Source of the DNA: Chiloscyllium plagiosum
Lineage: Eukaryota
NCBI RefSeq assembly: GCF_004010195.1
Contig: NC_057719.1
Location: 31,384,370-31,448,369, forward strand
Length of the DNA: 64,000 bases
Direction: 5' to 3'
Program-made: the position numbers and the translations under genes
Shown: positions 10,826-23,907 of the stretch, in pieces
Layout of the letters: each line of letters begins with the position of its first letter
How positions within the stretch are numbered: position 1 is the stretch's first letter
Notes under the pieces: model-generated
The model's database searches: none
Seen by the model: the letters and a program-made list of their open reading frames with translations, nothing else
What the model was told of the DNA's origin: nothing

Positions 10826-12950
10826 TCATAGAGATGTACAGCACAGAAACAGACCCCTTGGTCCAACTTGTTCATGCTGACCAGATATCCTAACCTAATC
10901 TAGTCCCATTTGCTAGAACTCGGCCCATATCCCTCAAAGCCCTTCCTATTCATATACCCATCCAGGTGCCTTTTAAATGCTGTAATTGTACCAGCCTACA
11001 CCACTTCCTCTGGCAGCTCATTCCATACACGCATCACCCTCTGTGTGAAAAAGTCTCTGTAATTGCTTTGATATCCCAGTCCCATATTCCTAACCATGTC
11101 CTGAGTTCATCTGCCTTCCCTGTTAGGCCTCTTGCATTGAAATAAGTGCGGTTTAATTTCTCAGTTTTACCTTGTTCTCTGATTTGTTCCTGCCCTGACT
11201 GTTTGACTTGCTCCCTTTTCTGACTGTACTAGTCTCAGATTGATTTCTTTCCTCACTGTTATCCTTGGTTCTCCCCCCATCCCAACCACCATACTAGTTT
11301 AAATGATATTGCTGGACTGCTAATCCAGAGACCCAGGTAATGTTCTGGGGACTGGGTTCTAATCCCGCCATGGCAGATGGTGGAATTTGAATTCAACAAA
11401 AATCTGGAATTAAAAGTCTAATGATAAAAGTCATTGTCGACTGTTGGAAAAACCCATCTGGTTCACTAATATCCTTCAGGGAGGAAACTGTCATCCTTAC
11501 TTGGTCTGGTCTACATGTGACTCCAGACCTATAACAATGTGGTTGACTCTTAATTGCTCTCTAGGCAAATTAGAGATGGGCAATAAATGCTGACTAAGCC
11601 AGCGACGCCCTTATTGCTTGAGTTAATAAAGAAGTAAAAATCTCCCTGCCAGTGTATTAGTTCCCTTCCAATTCAGGTGCAATCCATCCCTCTTGTCCAG
11701 GTCACTTCTACCCCTGAAGAGATTCCAATGATACAAAAGTGTGAACCCTTCTCCCTTGCACCAGCTCGCCACACATTCATCTGCTCTATCCTCCTATTCC
11801 TGCCCTCACTAGCTCATAGCACTGGGAGCAATCCAGATATTACTATTCTCGAGGGCCTCCTTTTTAAATTTCTGCCTAACTTTCCATATTCTCCCAGCAG
11901 AATCTTATCCTTTCCCTTTCTATATTGTTAGTTCCAATGTGTACAATGACTTCCTGCTGGTCTCTCTCCCCTTTGAGAACATTCTGCACCCTCTCTGAGA
12001 TATCCTTGATCCTGGCACCGGGGAAGCAACACACCATTCTGATTTTTCGCTACTGGCTGCAGAAATGTCTGTCTGTGCCTCTGACTAGAGAATCCCCAAT
12101 CACAATCAATCACTTGGAACCCAACGCACCCCTTATTACTTTAGAGCCAGTCTTGATACCAGAAACTTGGCCTTTTGTGCTACATTCCCTGAGAGTTAAT
12201 CACTCCTTACATTTTCCAAAACAGCATACTTGTTTGAAATGGGGATAGCCACAAAAGATTCTTGCCTTACCTGCCTACCCCCTAACCTAGAGTTAACCCA
12301 TCTACCTGACTATATCTGCGGCTTTTCTCCCTTGCTATAACAGCCATCCATCACACTCCCTAGCTCTTGTAAATTCCTTATTGCCTCTAACTGCTGCTCC
12401 AACTGATCCATGCAATCTGATGGGATTCGCAACTAAAGACACTTCATAGGTCTGTAACATAGAAACTCTCCCTAAACTCCTACATCCAACAGGAAGAGCA
12501 TATCACTGTACTAAAGGCCATCTTTGCACCTTCATGATCGACAGACCCAGAAAATGGCGTCGTCTTTTTGCTTTAAAAAAACAGTGCTCCAGGCTAACTT
12601 GTACTTTTGATTAAATTTTAAAAACATAAATCATGACACCAATTTCAGTAAAACATCAATTGAAGAAAGAACCCACTCTACTCACTACTTTGACTTTCAG
12701 CAGGCTACATGTTTAAAAACTATGCACTTATCTGTTCCTGTGCTGTGAGCTCTCCCACACAGGTTCCTCCAAGGTCTGATGTGAATTTTGCTGTTTGTTA
12801 ATTTTTTCCCCATACGCACTCCTTTGTCTAGAGACTTGAACTTGAACTCAAACAGCAAAGGCAGTAACTGTGCAGATTCACTGCTGTATCAATTTCTGTT
12901 TCTCTCTCTTACTGACATGTGGTTGCTGCTTTTTGTCTGTCTTCCTTTTT
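10826..12950 (-). mobile_element. CR1 LINE pieces including the ORF1 SGNH-esterase region
   Basis: Minus strand near 11930-12040 reads CCFPGARIKDISERVQNVLKGERDQQEVIVHIGTNNI, resembling the esterase domain of CR1 ORF1; a CR1 3' end lies at 10826-11050. Confidence 0.7.
11300..11635 (+). mobile_element. tRNA-derived SINE (second shark SINE family)
   Basis: B-box-like gggttctaatccc, core catgtgactccagac..aatgtggttgactc, tail gggcaataaatgctg. Related copies at ~21290-21510, 29940-30270(-), 38270-38530, 41280-41640, 43760-43990 and 61490-61780. Confidence 0.7.
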
Positions 12951-14929
12951 TTAAAAAGTGCCATTGTTTTGATCTTCTAAAACAATGCAACTGCATATAA
13001 AGTAATTGTTGCTCCTGGAATTCGAGGAAATCAACTCCAACACCTAAAATACCTCAAAGGAGCAGCTCTTACAGTCACAATTTTTTCCTGTCCTTCATCG
13101 TGGATTACCCAGAATAACTTTTTTTTTAAAACTTGATTATCTAAGCTACAGATTCAAATATTTAAAAGTAGATCTGGATTAAAAAGTATTCATAAAGATG
13201 AAAGTAAGGTATTTATCATCGTTACTGGCCTGTTGCTTGATGATTTGCCTTTTCAGAGTGAAGAAGTTGAAAACTAGAAGTTAGAATTCAGCAGTCATGA
13301 TGGTACATGGAGATTTCTCCAACAGACAGACTGAGCAGAAAAGGTTTTGGGAAGGAGTGAAAGGTCTTTTATTTTGCTATCATGTATCTGCATGTCACAG
13401 CCTTGATAGCCTTGTTCGGTCTGCAGTTCTTTAGCTGGGTTACCTTTTTTTTGGTTTCACTGTTGAGAAGTCTTCTCCCCGTATGATGATATGGGATAGT
13501 ATCACTCTGAGCTCTTGGTGTTCTGCTTCAAATGATGTCTCAAAGCCTGCCTTGTACAGATTGAAAATTTAACATGGTTGTTTTATTAACTTTGACAAAT
13601 TGTTGTTCTATAAAGCAAAGTCAGTTACGCTGAAATTTCCATCCAATCCTTCTAATCTACTTCTCATCTCAGAGCTTTTGAGCTCTGAGCTTTTGAAGAA
13701 TTCATTACGTTGTCCAAGTGTTAATCAAATTCTCCCTTCCTATAACTGCCATCCATCATATGCCCTAGCTTTTGTAAATTCTTCATTGCCTCTAACTGTC
13801 GCTCTAACTGATCCATGCGATCTGATAGGATCTGCAGTCAAAGACGCTTCCTGCAGATGTAATCATCAGAAACATGGAAACTTTCCCTAAAGTCTCACTC
13901 TCCCTTTCAGGTTATGCTGAGATATAATATCGGTCTCTCTGCCTTTTTGTCTGTAGTGAATTAACCAAGACATTCATGAGATTTTCTGGAGCCAGTTTGC
14001 AGGATTTACTGTCTGCTTTAACAGGCAGATTAACGATTTCTACAAAATTATACGTAATAATTTGTTATAATCTCATCCAAATTGATGGTATTCCTGGACA
14101 AATCGGAACCCAGAATGACATCTGGACTATAGATAATGGCTTATGAAAAAATTTATTTAATATGGTGGTGATTTACAGAAAACATAGCCACATAACAATA
14201 AAACAGAAGTTTATCATACAAAAAAGGGAACAAAAAAAACCCAAAGTATCTAAATGTAAAACGCAGTTAGAAACCTCTTTAAAAGAACCAGAAAAGCAAA
14301 GATTCAATCTATTCCCCAACGGTATGAATTTACAATGATTCAAATCAAGAGAAATTACATTTCTCTATCAAATATTTTAGTTTGTTTTAACTCCCTCTCC
14401 CCATTTTCTCTCCTGTGAACCATGTGGAGTCCCACATTATTAGACTTAAAACTGTAAGTTTAGACTTTCAGCTTCCAATAACCTGCAGATTTCTCGCCAC
14501 GTATTCCTTGTCTGGAATCTGCACATACTAAGCATTTCTACTCTGGTAACCTATTTCCTTAACTGCTCAGAAAAAAAATCTTTTTTAAAAAAAAGGCTAT
14601 CCCTTTAACCAGTCAGATTGAAAAAAAATTTCAATCTTTGGCTTTCCTAAATCCTTTGATCCTTGCTTATCTTCTGCAATTTTTATACCACCTGTTCTGG
14701 AACCTGCACATACTAAGCTTTTCTACTCTGGTAACCTATTTCCTTAACTGCTCAGAAAAAAAATCTTTTTTGAAAAAAAAGGCTATCCCTTTAACCAGTC
14801 AGATTGAAAAAAAATTTCAATCTTTGGCTTTCCTAAATCCTTTGATCCTTGCTTATCTTCTGCAATTTTTATACCACCTGTTGTGAAACACCCAGTATAA
14901 ATAATTATCCGTTACTCGGTTTTGTGGGG

Positions 14930-17360
14930 TTAGGGTTGCTAATAACACTCAGCTCCACTTCCTGCCTTTTGCCTATAATCCTTGATTCATTCAAAGATTA
15001 AAAATGTGTTTATTTTGGCCTTGAACAGTCCTTTCACAGATTAACTACCTCTGAGTGCAGAAATTCTTTCTGTTTTGTATTAAGTAGGTGACTACTTCTT
15101 CTGAGATTATGCACACTGGTCCTAGATTTTCCCACAAGGAGAAACAACTTCTACTCATTTACCCTGTTTGAGTGTTTCTTGTATATTTCAGTAATGTCGC
15201 CTCCAATACTTTTAAATTCCAATGATAACAGACCCATCCTACCCATGCTATTTCCCATGGGACGGTCATTCTATGACCTAAAATCATGCTAGTGAACCTT
15301 CTCTGAACTGTCTCCAAATTCAGTATATCCCTTAGATAAAGTGTCTAAAACTGCCTATTATTCTCTTACTGTAGTGTGACTAGTGCCTTGTGTGGTTTTA
15401 GCAAACCTCCCTACTTATATACCTCATTTACCTTCCTATTATTCATTGATCTTGGCTGCTAGCTTTTGAGATTCATGGATGTGGACTCCCAAATCCCTCT
15501 GTTATATAGCCTTCTCCATTTAAATAATATTCAGCTCCCTGGTTCTTTATGCCAAAATGCATAACTTCACATTTTTCCCCTCATTATATTCCATCTGCCA
15601 AGTTTTCCTCCATTCGTTTATTTTATCTATATCCCACTTCAAACTCTCTCACCCTCAGCACTTGCCTTCTGACTGAATTTTTTGTAATCTGCAAATGTGG
15701 CTAAATTACATTCATCCAAGTTATTTGTATATTATAAATCATTGTGGCCCTAGCACTGATACCCATGGCACAATTCTAGTTATAGTTAGCCATCCTGAAG
15801 ATGGTGTCCTTGCTCTAACCCTGTCTTCTATTAGTGGATAGAGGGTTAATGGATTAGAGATTTTTAGGGCTCTTTTCTTAAGTAGCCTAATGTATGGTAC
15901 CTCATTAAATGCCTCCTGCAAATTGAAATTTCATCCATTGCTTCCACTTTATCTATCCTGCTTGTTACTTCCTCAATGACTCTGACTCTTAAGTTTATCG
16001 GGCAGAACTTCCCATTCATGATGCAATGCCAACTCTGCCTATTATTCATTGATCTTGGCTGCTAGCTTTGAGATTCATTTTATATTTATATTTATAAATC
16101 TCTCACTTCTTCCCAATAACTTGTTAAATTAACTAACTTATATATAATCCCTTGTTTTTTGCCTCCTTTCCCTTTTTTGGCAGTTTTCCAGTCTTCTGGA
16201 ATATTTACAGAATCTAAAGATTCTTGGCAGATTGCTACCAGTGCATTCATAATCTCTGTAGCTACTTCCTTTGATATCCTAGGATGCATGCCATCAGGTT
16301 CAGAGGACTTGTTGGTCTTCAGCCCCATTACTTTCTGCTAGCACATTACTCTAGATAGTTATTGAAATTATTTCCTCCCCTTCTTTTTCCTCTGGCATGT
16401 GAATACTTTTGGAATTCTTTTAGTCTCTTCTACTCTGAAGATTGATGCAGAGTATTTATTCAACTTCTGTGCCATTTCCTGGTTCTCCATTACTTTTACC
16501 TAATTTTCTCAGGGCCTATGTTCACTTTGGCTTCTCTTCCTTTTTACACATTTTTAAAGAAACTCTTGCTGTCTGCCTGTGTATTTCGTACAAATTTACT
16601 CTGTTTATCTTCCATGTTCAGCCAACACCTTACTAGAATTCTCCTTCCTTACTGGAATGAATTTTTGCTGTGAGCCTTGAATTATTGCATCTGCCATTAT
16701 TCCTCAACTGTCTTTACTGTTAAACTCCTTTGAGTACGTTATGTTAAATTGCTGTTATGTAAGCTTATCTCAGTTGTTTCTAACTCAAATTCATCCTGTC
16801 AAGCCAAATGATAAATTCTGTTGTGTTCTGGTGGCTGTTTCCAAGGTGATCTTTTTATTCTGACGTCATATATTAACCCAGAAGAAAGTGAGGACTGCAG
16901 ATCAGAGTTGGAAAAGCACAGCAGGTCAGGCAGCATCCAAGGAGCAGGAGAGGCAGGCATTCCTGATGAAGGGCTTATGCCAGGAACATCAACTCGCCTC
17001 CGATGCTGTGTTTTTCCAGCACTATACGTTTTGATCTGTCATGTATTCACCTGCCTCATTTCACATGACTAGACACTAACTAACCTGGTTCTGGATCAGT
17101 GGTGCTGGAAGAGCACAGCAATTCAGGCAGCATCCAACGAGCAGCACCTGGTTTCCTGGTTGGATCCACAACACATTGTTCTAGGAAACTGTCTGCATTA
17201 GATTCTATGAATTCTTCCTCATGCCTCCCTCTGCTAATCTGACTATCCCAATCTGCGTGAAGATTAAAGTCACACCATGTACCTTTGTTACATATCCTCA
17301 TTATCTCCTGATTTATTCTCTGTATCACCATATAGCTACTATCTGGGGGCTTATAGACTC
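14930..17360 (-). mobile_element. Degenerate CR1 LINE ORF2
   Basis: Fragments KSSEPDGMHPRISKEVATEI..IPEDWKTA, AFNEVPY..LL and DFNLHADW..FLEQCV (endonuclease and RT). Confidence 0.75.
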
Positions 17361-17747
17361 TTTAGGTGTTTGCAATTTATAATAAATATTTTACATAATT
17401 ATAAGTTCTGTTACCTGGGACTGTTATAATATTATAGAGACTTTAACAATTTTTTTTCGCTCCTATCTAGAGCATTGATTTCTTCATGTACACCTTCAAC
17501 CATACTAATAGTTCAGAAGTTTCAAAGTTCAAAATGCATAGTCAAAACCAATGGGTTGCAAGTTCTTATATTGGACTAAATGTTATTATTTCTGGCTTTA
17601 ATTGAATTCAAGACAGAGTGCCAATGCAATGTCCTGCAAATACAACTGTTAATTAGAAGGCATTCTGGTCTCTCCTGCTCAACTTTCATATTAGAAAATA
17701 CATTAACTGAAATTGACATTGAACTAAGCATTTAGTAACTTTTGCAG

Positions 17748-17920
17748 GTAAAACACAGGCATTGAATCGTCAGAATATTTGGAATGCCAAACGAGTAGTC
17801 TTCCTCACACCTCAAGTTATGATGAATGATCTTTCTCGTGAAGCTTGTCCAGCTGCTGATGTGAAGTGTTTGGTTGTTGATGAAGCTCACAAGGCACTAG
17901 GAAATCATGCTTACTGTCAG
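17748..17920 (+). CDS. FANCM: FANCM coding exon 2 (contains DEAH motif II)
   Basis: ttttgcag acceptor; 173 bp; (G)KTQALNRQNIWNAKRVVFLTPQVMMNDLSREACPAADVKCLVVDEAHKALGNHAYCQ; donor gtacaa. Phase matches exon 1. Confidence 0.96.
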
Positions 17921-18009
17921 GTACAATAAATGTTGTGCATGTAGCTTTACTTAGTGTGAGTGATGTCCTGTGAATTTTTTCATTAATTTCCTCTTTCTCT
18001 GTCTTGCAG

Positions 18010-18087
18010 GTTGTTCGGGAGCTGTGTAATTATACACGTCAGTTCCGTATTCTTGCTTTGACTGCAACGCCAGGTAGTGACGTAAAG
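18010..18087 (+). CDS. FANCM: FANCM coding exon 3 (helicase motif III)
   Basis: Polypyrimidine tract plus ttgcag acceptor; 78 bp; VVRELCNYTRQFRILALTATPGSDVK; donor gttggt. Confidence 0.95.
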
Positions 18088-18499
18088 GTTGGTTACTCTT
18101 GCATTCTATCTGATACATTCTATCTGATAGCACTGCAGATGTGATCTCACTAGAACCTTGTTATGTAGCAAAACGTCTCGACTTCTATCTTGCCTTCCTC
18201 TTGCAATTAACACCAAAATTCCATTTATGTTCCTTAGCGCTTGCTATACCTGCATTGCAGTCTTTTGTGATTCATGTACCTGGATATCCATATTTTTCAG
18301 TAGTTCTGTTCTGCAATATGTCACTATTTAAACATGGTATTGCTTTCCTACAATTCCTGTGAAATATGGGGAAATTCACATTTTCGGACTGAATTTAGCC
18401 AAATTTGTGCTCGCTCATTTAAGCTATCAAATTTCCTTTGCAGAATCATAATATCCTCTTCAAAACTTGCTCCACGTCCTATTTTTGAATAATAGTCAC

Positions 18500-20780
18500 A
18501 CGCCATGGAAACATATCCTTTGGTTCAACTGATCTGCGCTGACTAAACATCCAATCTAACCTAGTCCCATTTGTCATTATTTGGCCCATATCCGTCTGTA
18601 CCATTCTTATTCATATACCCACCCAGATGCCATTTTAAATATAACTGTACCTGCCTCCACCACCACCTCTGGCAACTTGTTCTGTACACCCACTACAGTG
18701 TTGGGCCCTTTGGCCCCTTTTAAATCTTTCCCCTCTCACCTTAAACCTATGCCCTATAGTTTTGGACTCCCCCCAGGCTCGGAAAAAGACCTTGGCTATT
18801 CACCTTGTCCAAGCCCCTTATTGTACCCCTGAGTCTTTGCTCCAGGGACAAAAGCCTCAGCCTATTTGGCCTCTCCCTATAGCTCAAACCCACTAGTCCT
18901 GGCAACATCCTCAAATCATCCTCTCGAGTTTAACAATATTCCTCCTTTCGAAAGGTGAATAATCAGCAATTTTAGCTACCATTTAATCCCTTCATCCAAA
19001 TCAATGATATAAATTAAAAATAACTGAGGCTCTAAAACTGATCCTTGTAGTACACTACTTGTTATTTCTTCTTGACCTGAAAATTATCTATTTATGCCTA
19101 GTCTTTCTTTCCTGTTAGCTAACCAGTTCTCTTTTTATGTTAATATGTTATGCCCTACACCGTAAGATCTTATTTTGTGATAACCTTTGAGGCATTTTGT
19201 TGAATGCCTTTGGAGAACAGTCCTTCCACCAATTTTACAGTCTATCTATGTTGCTTGTTACTTCCTCAAACACTAATGTTATGGTAAAGCTCCTTACTTT
19301 CATGTTCCAGCATTTTTGCTATGACCAGTTAAGCTAGCTGGCCTTTAGTTTCCTGTTTTCTATCTCATTCATCTCTGAATAGAGGAGTCACATTTGCTAT
19401 TTTACAGTCTGTATTCCCTCTCCCCTCAGCCTCCTCTGCTCCAATGTAGTAAAATTCTAGCCTATCCAATCATTACTCATCAAATCTTCCAATCTAGGCA
19501 ATATGTTTGTGTACTTTGTAAGCCTGTTCAAGATCTTTGGAAGGAAAGATTGGAGTTGGCTAGTAATTTACAAGGATTGGGGGTTGAAGGATAATTTTTT
19601 TTTGAGGGCTGGTTGTCAATGTGCTTTTGAAATGGATTATCAACCTTTTTTTGGAGAAGATGAGGGAGGAAAGGTGTATGGTCTGTATTTCCTTTGGAAT
19701 TAGGATGGTGCAGAGGTGGAGGGCATATAGGAAATGAGCTTAGTGAATTGACTGGGTAGATGAGGTTTAGGCAAGCTTGGTCAGAGAATCTGGGTGGACT
19801 GGCTATGAGGAACATAGGTGCAGGAGTAGGCTATACAGCCTCTTGAGCCTGTTCTACCATTCAGTGAGATCATGGCTGATGGCCTAATTTTGCAGACCTA
19901 TCTTTGGCCCATATCCCCTAATATCTTTGCTTAACAAAAATTTATCCTATTTCAGTTTTAAAGTTAACACTAATGCTGCACCCACTGCTATTTGTGGAAA
20001 AGAGTTCCAAACATTTGCAACGCTTTATGTGTAGAAGTGTTTCCTTCTGGCCCTAATTTTCAGACTGTCCCCTAGTTCTATAATCTTCAACCAGTGGAAA
20101 TTGTTTATCTTTATTTATTCTGTCTTTTCCTGTTAATATTTTGAAGACTTCAATCAGATTTTCTCCCCCCCAACTTTCTAAATCGTAGAGAAAATAGCTC
20201 TGATTTGTGTAGTCCTCAAACTTAACCCTGCAAGTCCAGATATCATTCTTGTAAACCTACATTGTAGTATATCCTTCCTAACATTTGGTGTCCAGATCTA
20301 CTCTCAGTACTCCAAGTGGGGTTTAACCAGAATTGTGAGTAACTGAAGCATAACTTCCACATTCTTGTACTCCAACCTTCTAGATACAAAAGCCAGCATT
20401 CCGTTAGTTTTCTTGATTATTTTCTTCACTTGTTTGTGACATTTTAAAGATTTATGCACCTGAAGTCTCATTGGATATCTATTGTGTTCAACTTCATACT
20501 ATCGAAAAAGTACCCTGATCTATCCTTTTTCGGTCCAAAATGGATAACCTTACACTTATGCTGAACTATATCTGCCATAGTTTTGCCCATTCAGTTAGTC
20601 TATCAATGTCCCTTTGTAGTTTTAAGCTATTTGATGCATTGTCTACAATGCTGTCTAACTTTGTGTCATCAGCAAATTTGAAAATACGACTTTGTGCCAT
20701 TATCCAGGTCATTAATAACTAACGTGAATATTGTGGTCCTAACACAGATTCTTGTGGGACACCACTGGTCACATTCTTGA
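18500..20780 (-). mobile_element. Cluster of CR1 LINE 3' fragments
   Basis: CR1 3'-end and RT-like sequence (tgtgtcatcagcaaattt = KFADDT) at ~18500-19400 and ~19805-20780. Confidence 0.65.
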
Positions 20781-21554
20781 TTTGCACTGGGGATAAATGG
20801 CTAAATGCTAGATGAATGAAGATGCCTAAATTCTTTGGTAAGTGTCACCAATGAGAGGTTGACATTGGAAATATGTTGGGATTAGTTTTGCACCCCCAAG
20901 ATTTTTTCAGAGTAGTGGATAGACAAAAAAGTCCATTGAAACATGATACATAGCAGCTCAATTCAGTGATTGATGGCTATGCCAGTTTGTGAAGGGCATT
21001 CGGTTTGCGCTCCTTTGTAGTTGGAGCCAAGGAGAGTTTCAACTTTGGTAATTGAGACAACTGCTGGTGATGTGTTGAGTTGATCAGGACGTCAAAGTTG
21101 GAGTGATGTTAAGTGGCTCAGCACGTTGAAAACTGCAGGCAGTTGGGAGTCTAAGATTGAAGCTGGAAGCATCTCTAAAGAAATTTATTGTTCTCTCCAA
21201 CTCCACCCCCCACTACCACCACAACCACAAAATACTCACTCACTCTTTCACACAGTTTCTATCTCTCTCACTCTCTCTCATTCAATAAAAGCAATCTGGA
21301 ATTCCGAATCTAACAGCGACCATGAAGCCATTATCGATTGTCAGGAAAACTCATCTGGTTCACTAGTGTCCAACAGGAAAGGAAACCTGCCATACTTACC
21401 TGGTCTCGCGTACATGTGACTCCACACCCATAGCAATTTGGTTGACTTTTAATACTTGAGGATGTACAATAATGGTGGCCTAGCCAGCAATGGCCACATG
21501 CTGTGAAGCAATTTAAAAAAGAAAACTCTTGCTTTTTCTATTGTCTTGCTCTCT

Positions 21555-21660
21555 GTGTCTGTCTCTCTCTCTCTCGCGCTCGCTCTCTCTCTCTCGCACG
21601 CGCTCTCGCTTTCTCTCTCGCGCGCGCTCTCTCTCCCTCTCGCGCGCTCTCTCTCGCACG
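21555..21660. repeat. (CT)n/(CG)n compound microsatellite
   Basis: ctctctctctcgcgctcgctctct...cgcgcgcgctct, about 100 bp upstream of FANCM exon 4. Confidence 0.9.
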
Positions 21661-21757
21661 GTTGAGAAGATTTGGACATCACCTGGGAGATGAATAATGC
21701 AAGCATTTATAATTTGCTCATACTGTTCATGTAATTATTGTTTTTTTAATATAATAG

Positions 21758-21916
21758 GCTGTACAACAAGTCCTTTCAAACTTGATGATTTCGCATCTTG
21801 AGGTTAGGTCTGAAAATTCCCTGGACCTCCAGCCCTACTCTCACCAGAGACAGGTGGAGAAGTTTGTTGTTCCTCTGGGTACTGAGCTGATTGCTATTCA
21901 GTCTTTATACCTACAG
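21758..21916 (+). CDS. FANCM: FANCM coding exon 4
   Basis: aatag acceptor; 159 bp; AVQQVLSNLMISHLEVRSENSLDLQPYSHQRQVEKFVVPLGTELIAIQSLYLQ; donor gtatgt. Confidence 0.95.
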
Positions 21917-22139
21917 GTATGTGTTATTTCTCCCTGGAGAATGGAGTGAAATTATTTGACTTTAGTGTAATTTTAACTGTATAGTAAAATATCTGGCTGT
22001 TTTGATTTTACAATCCATCCTTCATCCTCCAGCAACTTTTTAATTTTCTTGCAAAAATATTGCTTTGGCATCAATTACAGCATCGATTTGAAATAAAGCT
22101 CTTATATCCAAAAGTATTAAAGCACCAGGCACATTAAAA

Positions 22140-23100
22140 ATGAGATGTCAATTTGGTGAGCTACCAAACAGGGCTACTTGCCAATGTTGTTTGGCACACA
22201 GCAAGTGATGGACAGAGTGAAATGATCCTACAACCAGTGGATCAGATCTAAGTTCTGCAGTTCTACCACATCTGGTTGTGCATGGTGGTGGATAATTAAG
22301 CAACGTATTGGAGGAGGAGGCTTCACAAATATTCCCATCTTCAGTGATGGAAGAACCCAACATATTGGTGCAAAAGATACGGCTGAAGCATTCACAGCAA
22401 TCTTCAGCCAGAAGCATACTTGGACAATCATTCTCAGCCTTCTCCTCTGGTCCCCAGCATTACTTAGTCATCAGCCAATTCAAATCGCTGCATGTGATAA
22501 CAAGACATGGTTGGAGGCACCGGATAGTGCAAAGATTACGGACCCTGATAACATTCTGGCATTAGTACTTAAAACGTGCTCCAGGACTTGCTGCTCCCCT
22601 AGCCAAGCTCTTCCAGGACATTTAGAACACTGGCATCTGCCTGACAATGTGGAAAATTGACCAGGTATGACGTATACTACATAAAAAGCAGGACAAATCC
22701 AATCTGTCCAGTTATTGCCTCATCAGTCTACTCTTGCTTATCAGTAAAGTGATGGAAGGTGTCATCAACAGTGCTATCAAGCAGCACCTGCTCAGCAATA
22801 ACCTGTTGAGTGACCATGACTGTTTCTATCTAGAGGACAAGGGCAGCAGAACACCACCCCTGCAAGTTCCCCTCCAAGCCACTCACCATCCTGACTTAGA
22901 AGTATATTGCTGTTTCTTCACTGTGACTGAGTCAAAATCCTGAAATTTCCTCCCTAAGGGCATTGTGGGTTAACCTACAACATGTGGACTGCAGCTATTC
23001 AAGAAGGCAGCTCACCATCTTCTGAAGGGGAATTAGAAATGGGAAATAAATGCTGGCCAGTCAGTGAAGCCCATGTCCCACAAATGAGTTTTAAAAAAAC
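22140..23100 (+). mobile_element. Degenerate LINE (CR1/L2-group) fragment with SINE-shared 3' tail
   Basis: RT-like ISKVMEGVINSAIKQHLLSNNLLSD; ends aataaatgctggccagtcagtgaagcccatgtccc. A related copy lies at ~62330-63990. Confidence 0.65.
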
Positions 23101-23667
23101 ATCATGCTTAAAATTAAAGTTCTCTCTCCGCTTTGTGTCCTGAGTGTTTCTGTGCAGTCCAAACACAAGTTGACCCCTTTGAGCTGCTGTGCATGTCTGA
23201 CTATTCAAACAAAAATGCTCTCCAATCAGCTTGGCACTGCAAAAATAGAATGGCAGATTATATTTATAGATCTTTACTGTCTTTTCAATTAACTCTTTTC
23301 TCATCCTTATTGTAATAATGCTTTTATAATAAACTAGCTTTATTTAAAAATGGTTAGTACGTACTATGGAGTTAATTTTGCTTCTGATAAAAGTATAACA
23401 AAAACTTGTATGAAGAAGGGAAATTGTAATTTTTCAAGCTGTGTTATTAGTTTACATTAATTATGGTTCTGATTATATTAAAAAAATCAAATTGAAGTTC
23501 AATCAAATGAGCTAAAAATTAAGTGATTTAGTTCAGATTTGGGCAGCATTGTGAAGCATACAAAGTAGTGTTACACTATAACTTTGTTTATAATGTAATA
23601 CTGAAGATGCAATTTCAGAAATTGAAAAAGGATAGACTTGCAATTGTGACAGCAAATGTCCATCACA

Positions 23668-23907
23668 CGGGTGGCACGGTGGTTAGCACTGCTGCCTCAC
23701 AGCGCCAGAGATCCGGGTTCAATTCCCACCTCAGGCGACTCTGTGTGGAGTTTGCATATTCTCCCTGTGTCTGCGTGGGTTTCCTCCGGGTGCTCCGGTT
23801 TCCTCCCACAGTCCAAANNNNNNNNNNNNNNNNNNNNNNNNNNNNNNNNNNNNNNNNNGCCGAAGGGCCTGTTTCCACACTGTAATTAATCTAATCTAAT
23901 CTAATCT
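23668..23907 (+). mobile_element. HE1-type tRNA SINE spanning an assembly gap
   Basis: A/B boxes (tggcacggtggttagcac, gggttcaattcc) and an (aatct)n tail; N-run at 23818-23858. Confidence 0.85.

Noticed and set aside
13730..13890. Second copy of sequence at ~12335-12480
   Set aside because: Diverged independent fragment of the same CR1 ORF1 region, not a specific duplication.
21449..21706. ORFs rich in RE/AR/SL repeats
   Set aside because: Translation of the CT/CG microsatellite.
23818..23858. N-run
   Set aside because: Assembly gap inside a SINE, not biological. It does mean contiguity across intron 4 relies on scaffolding, although FANCM exon order on both sides is consistent.
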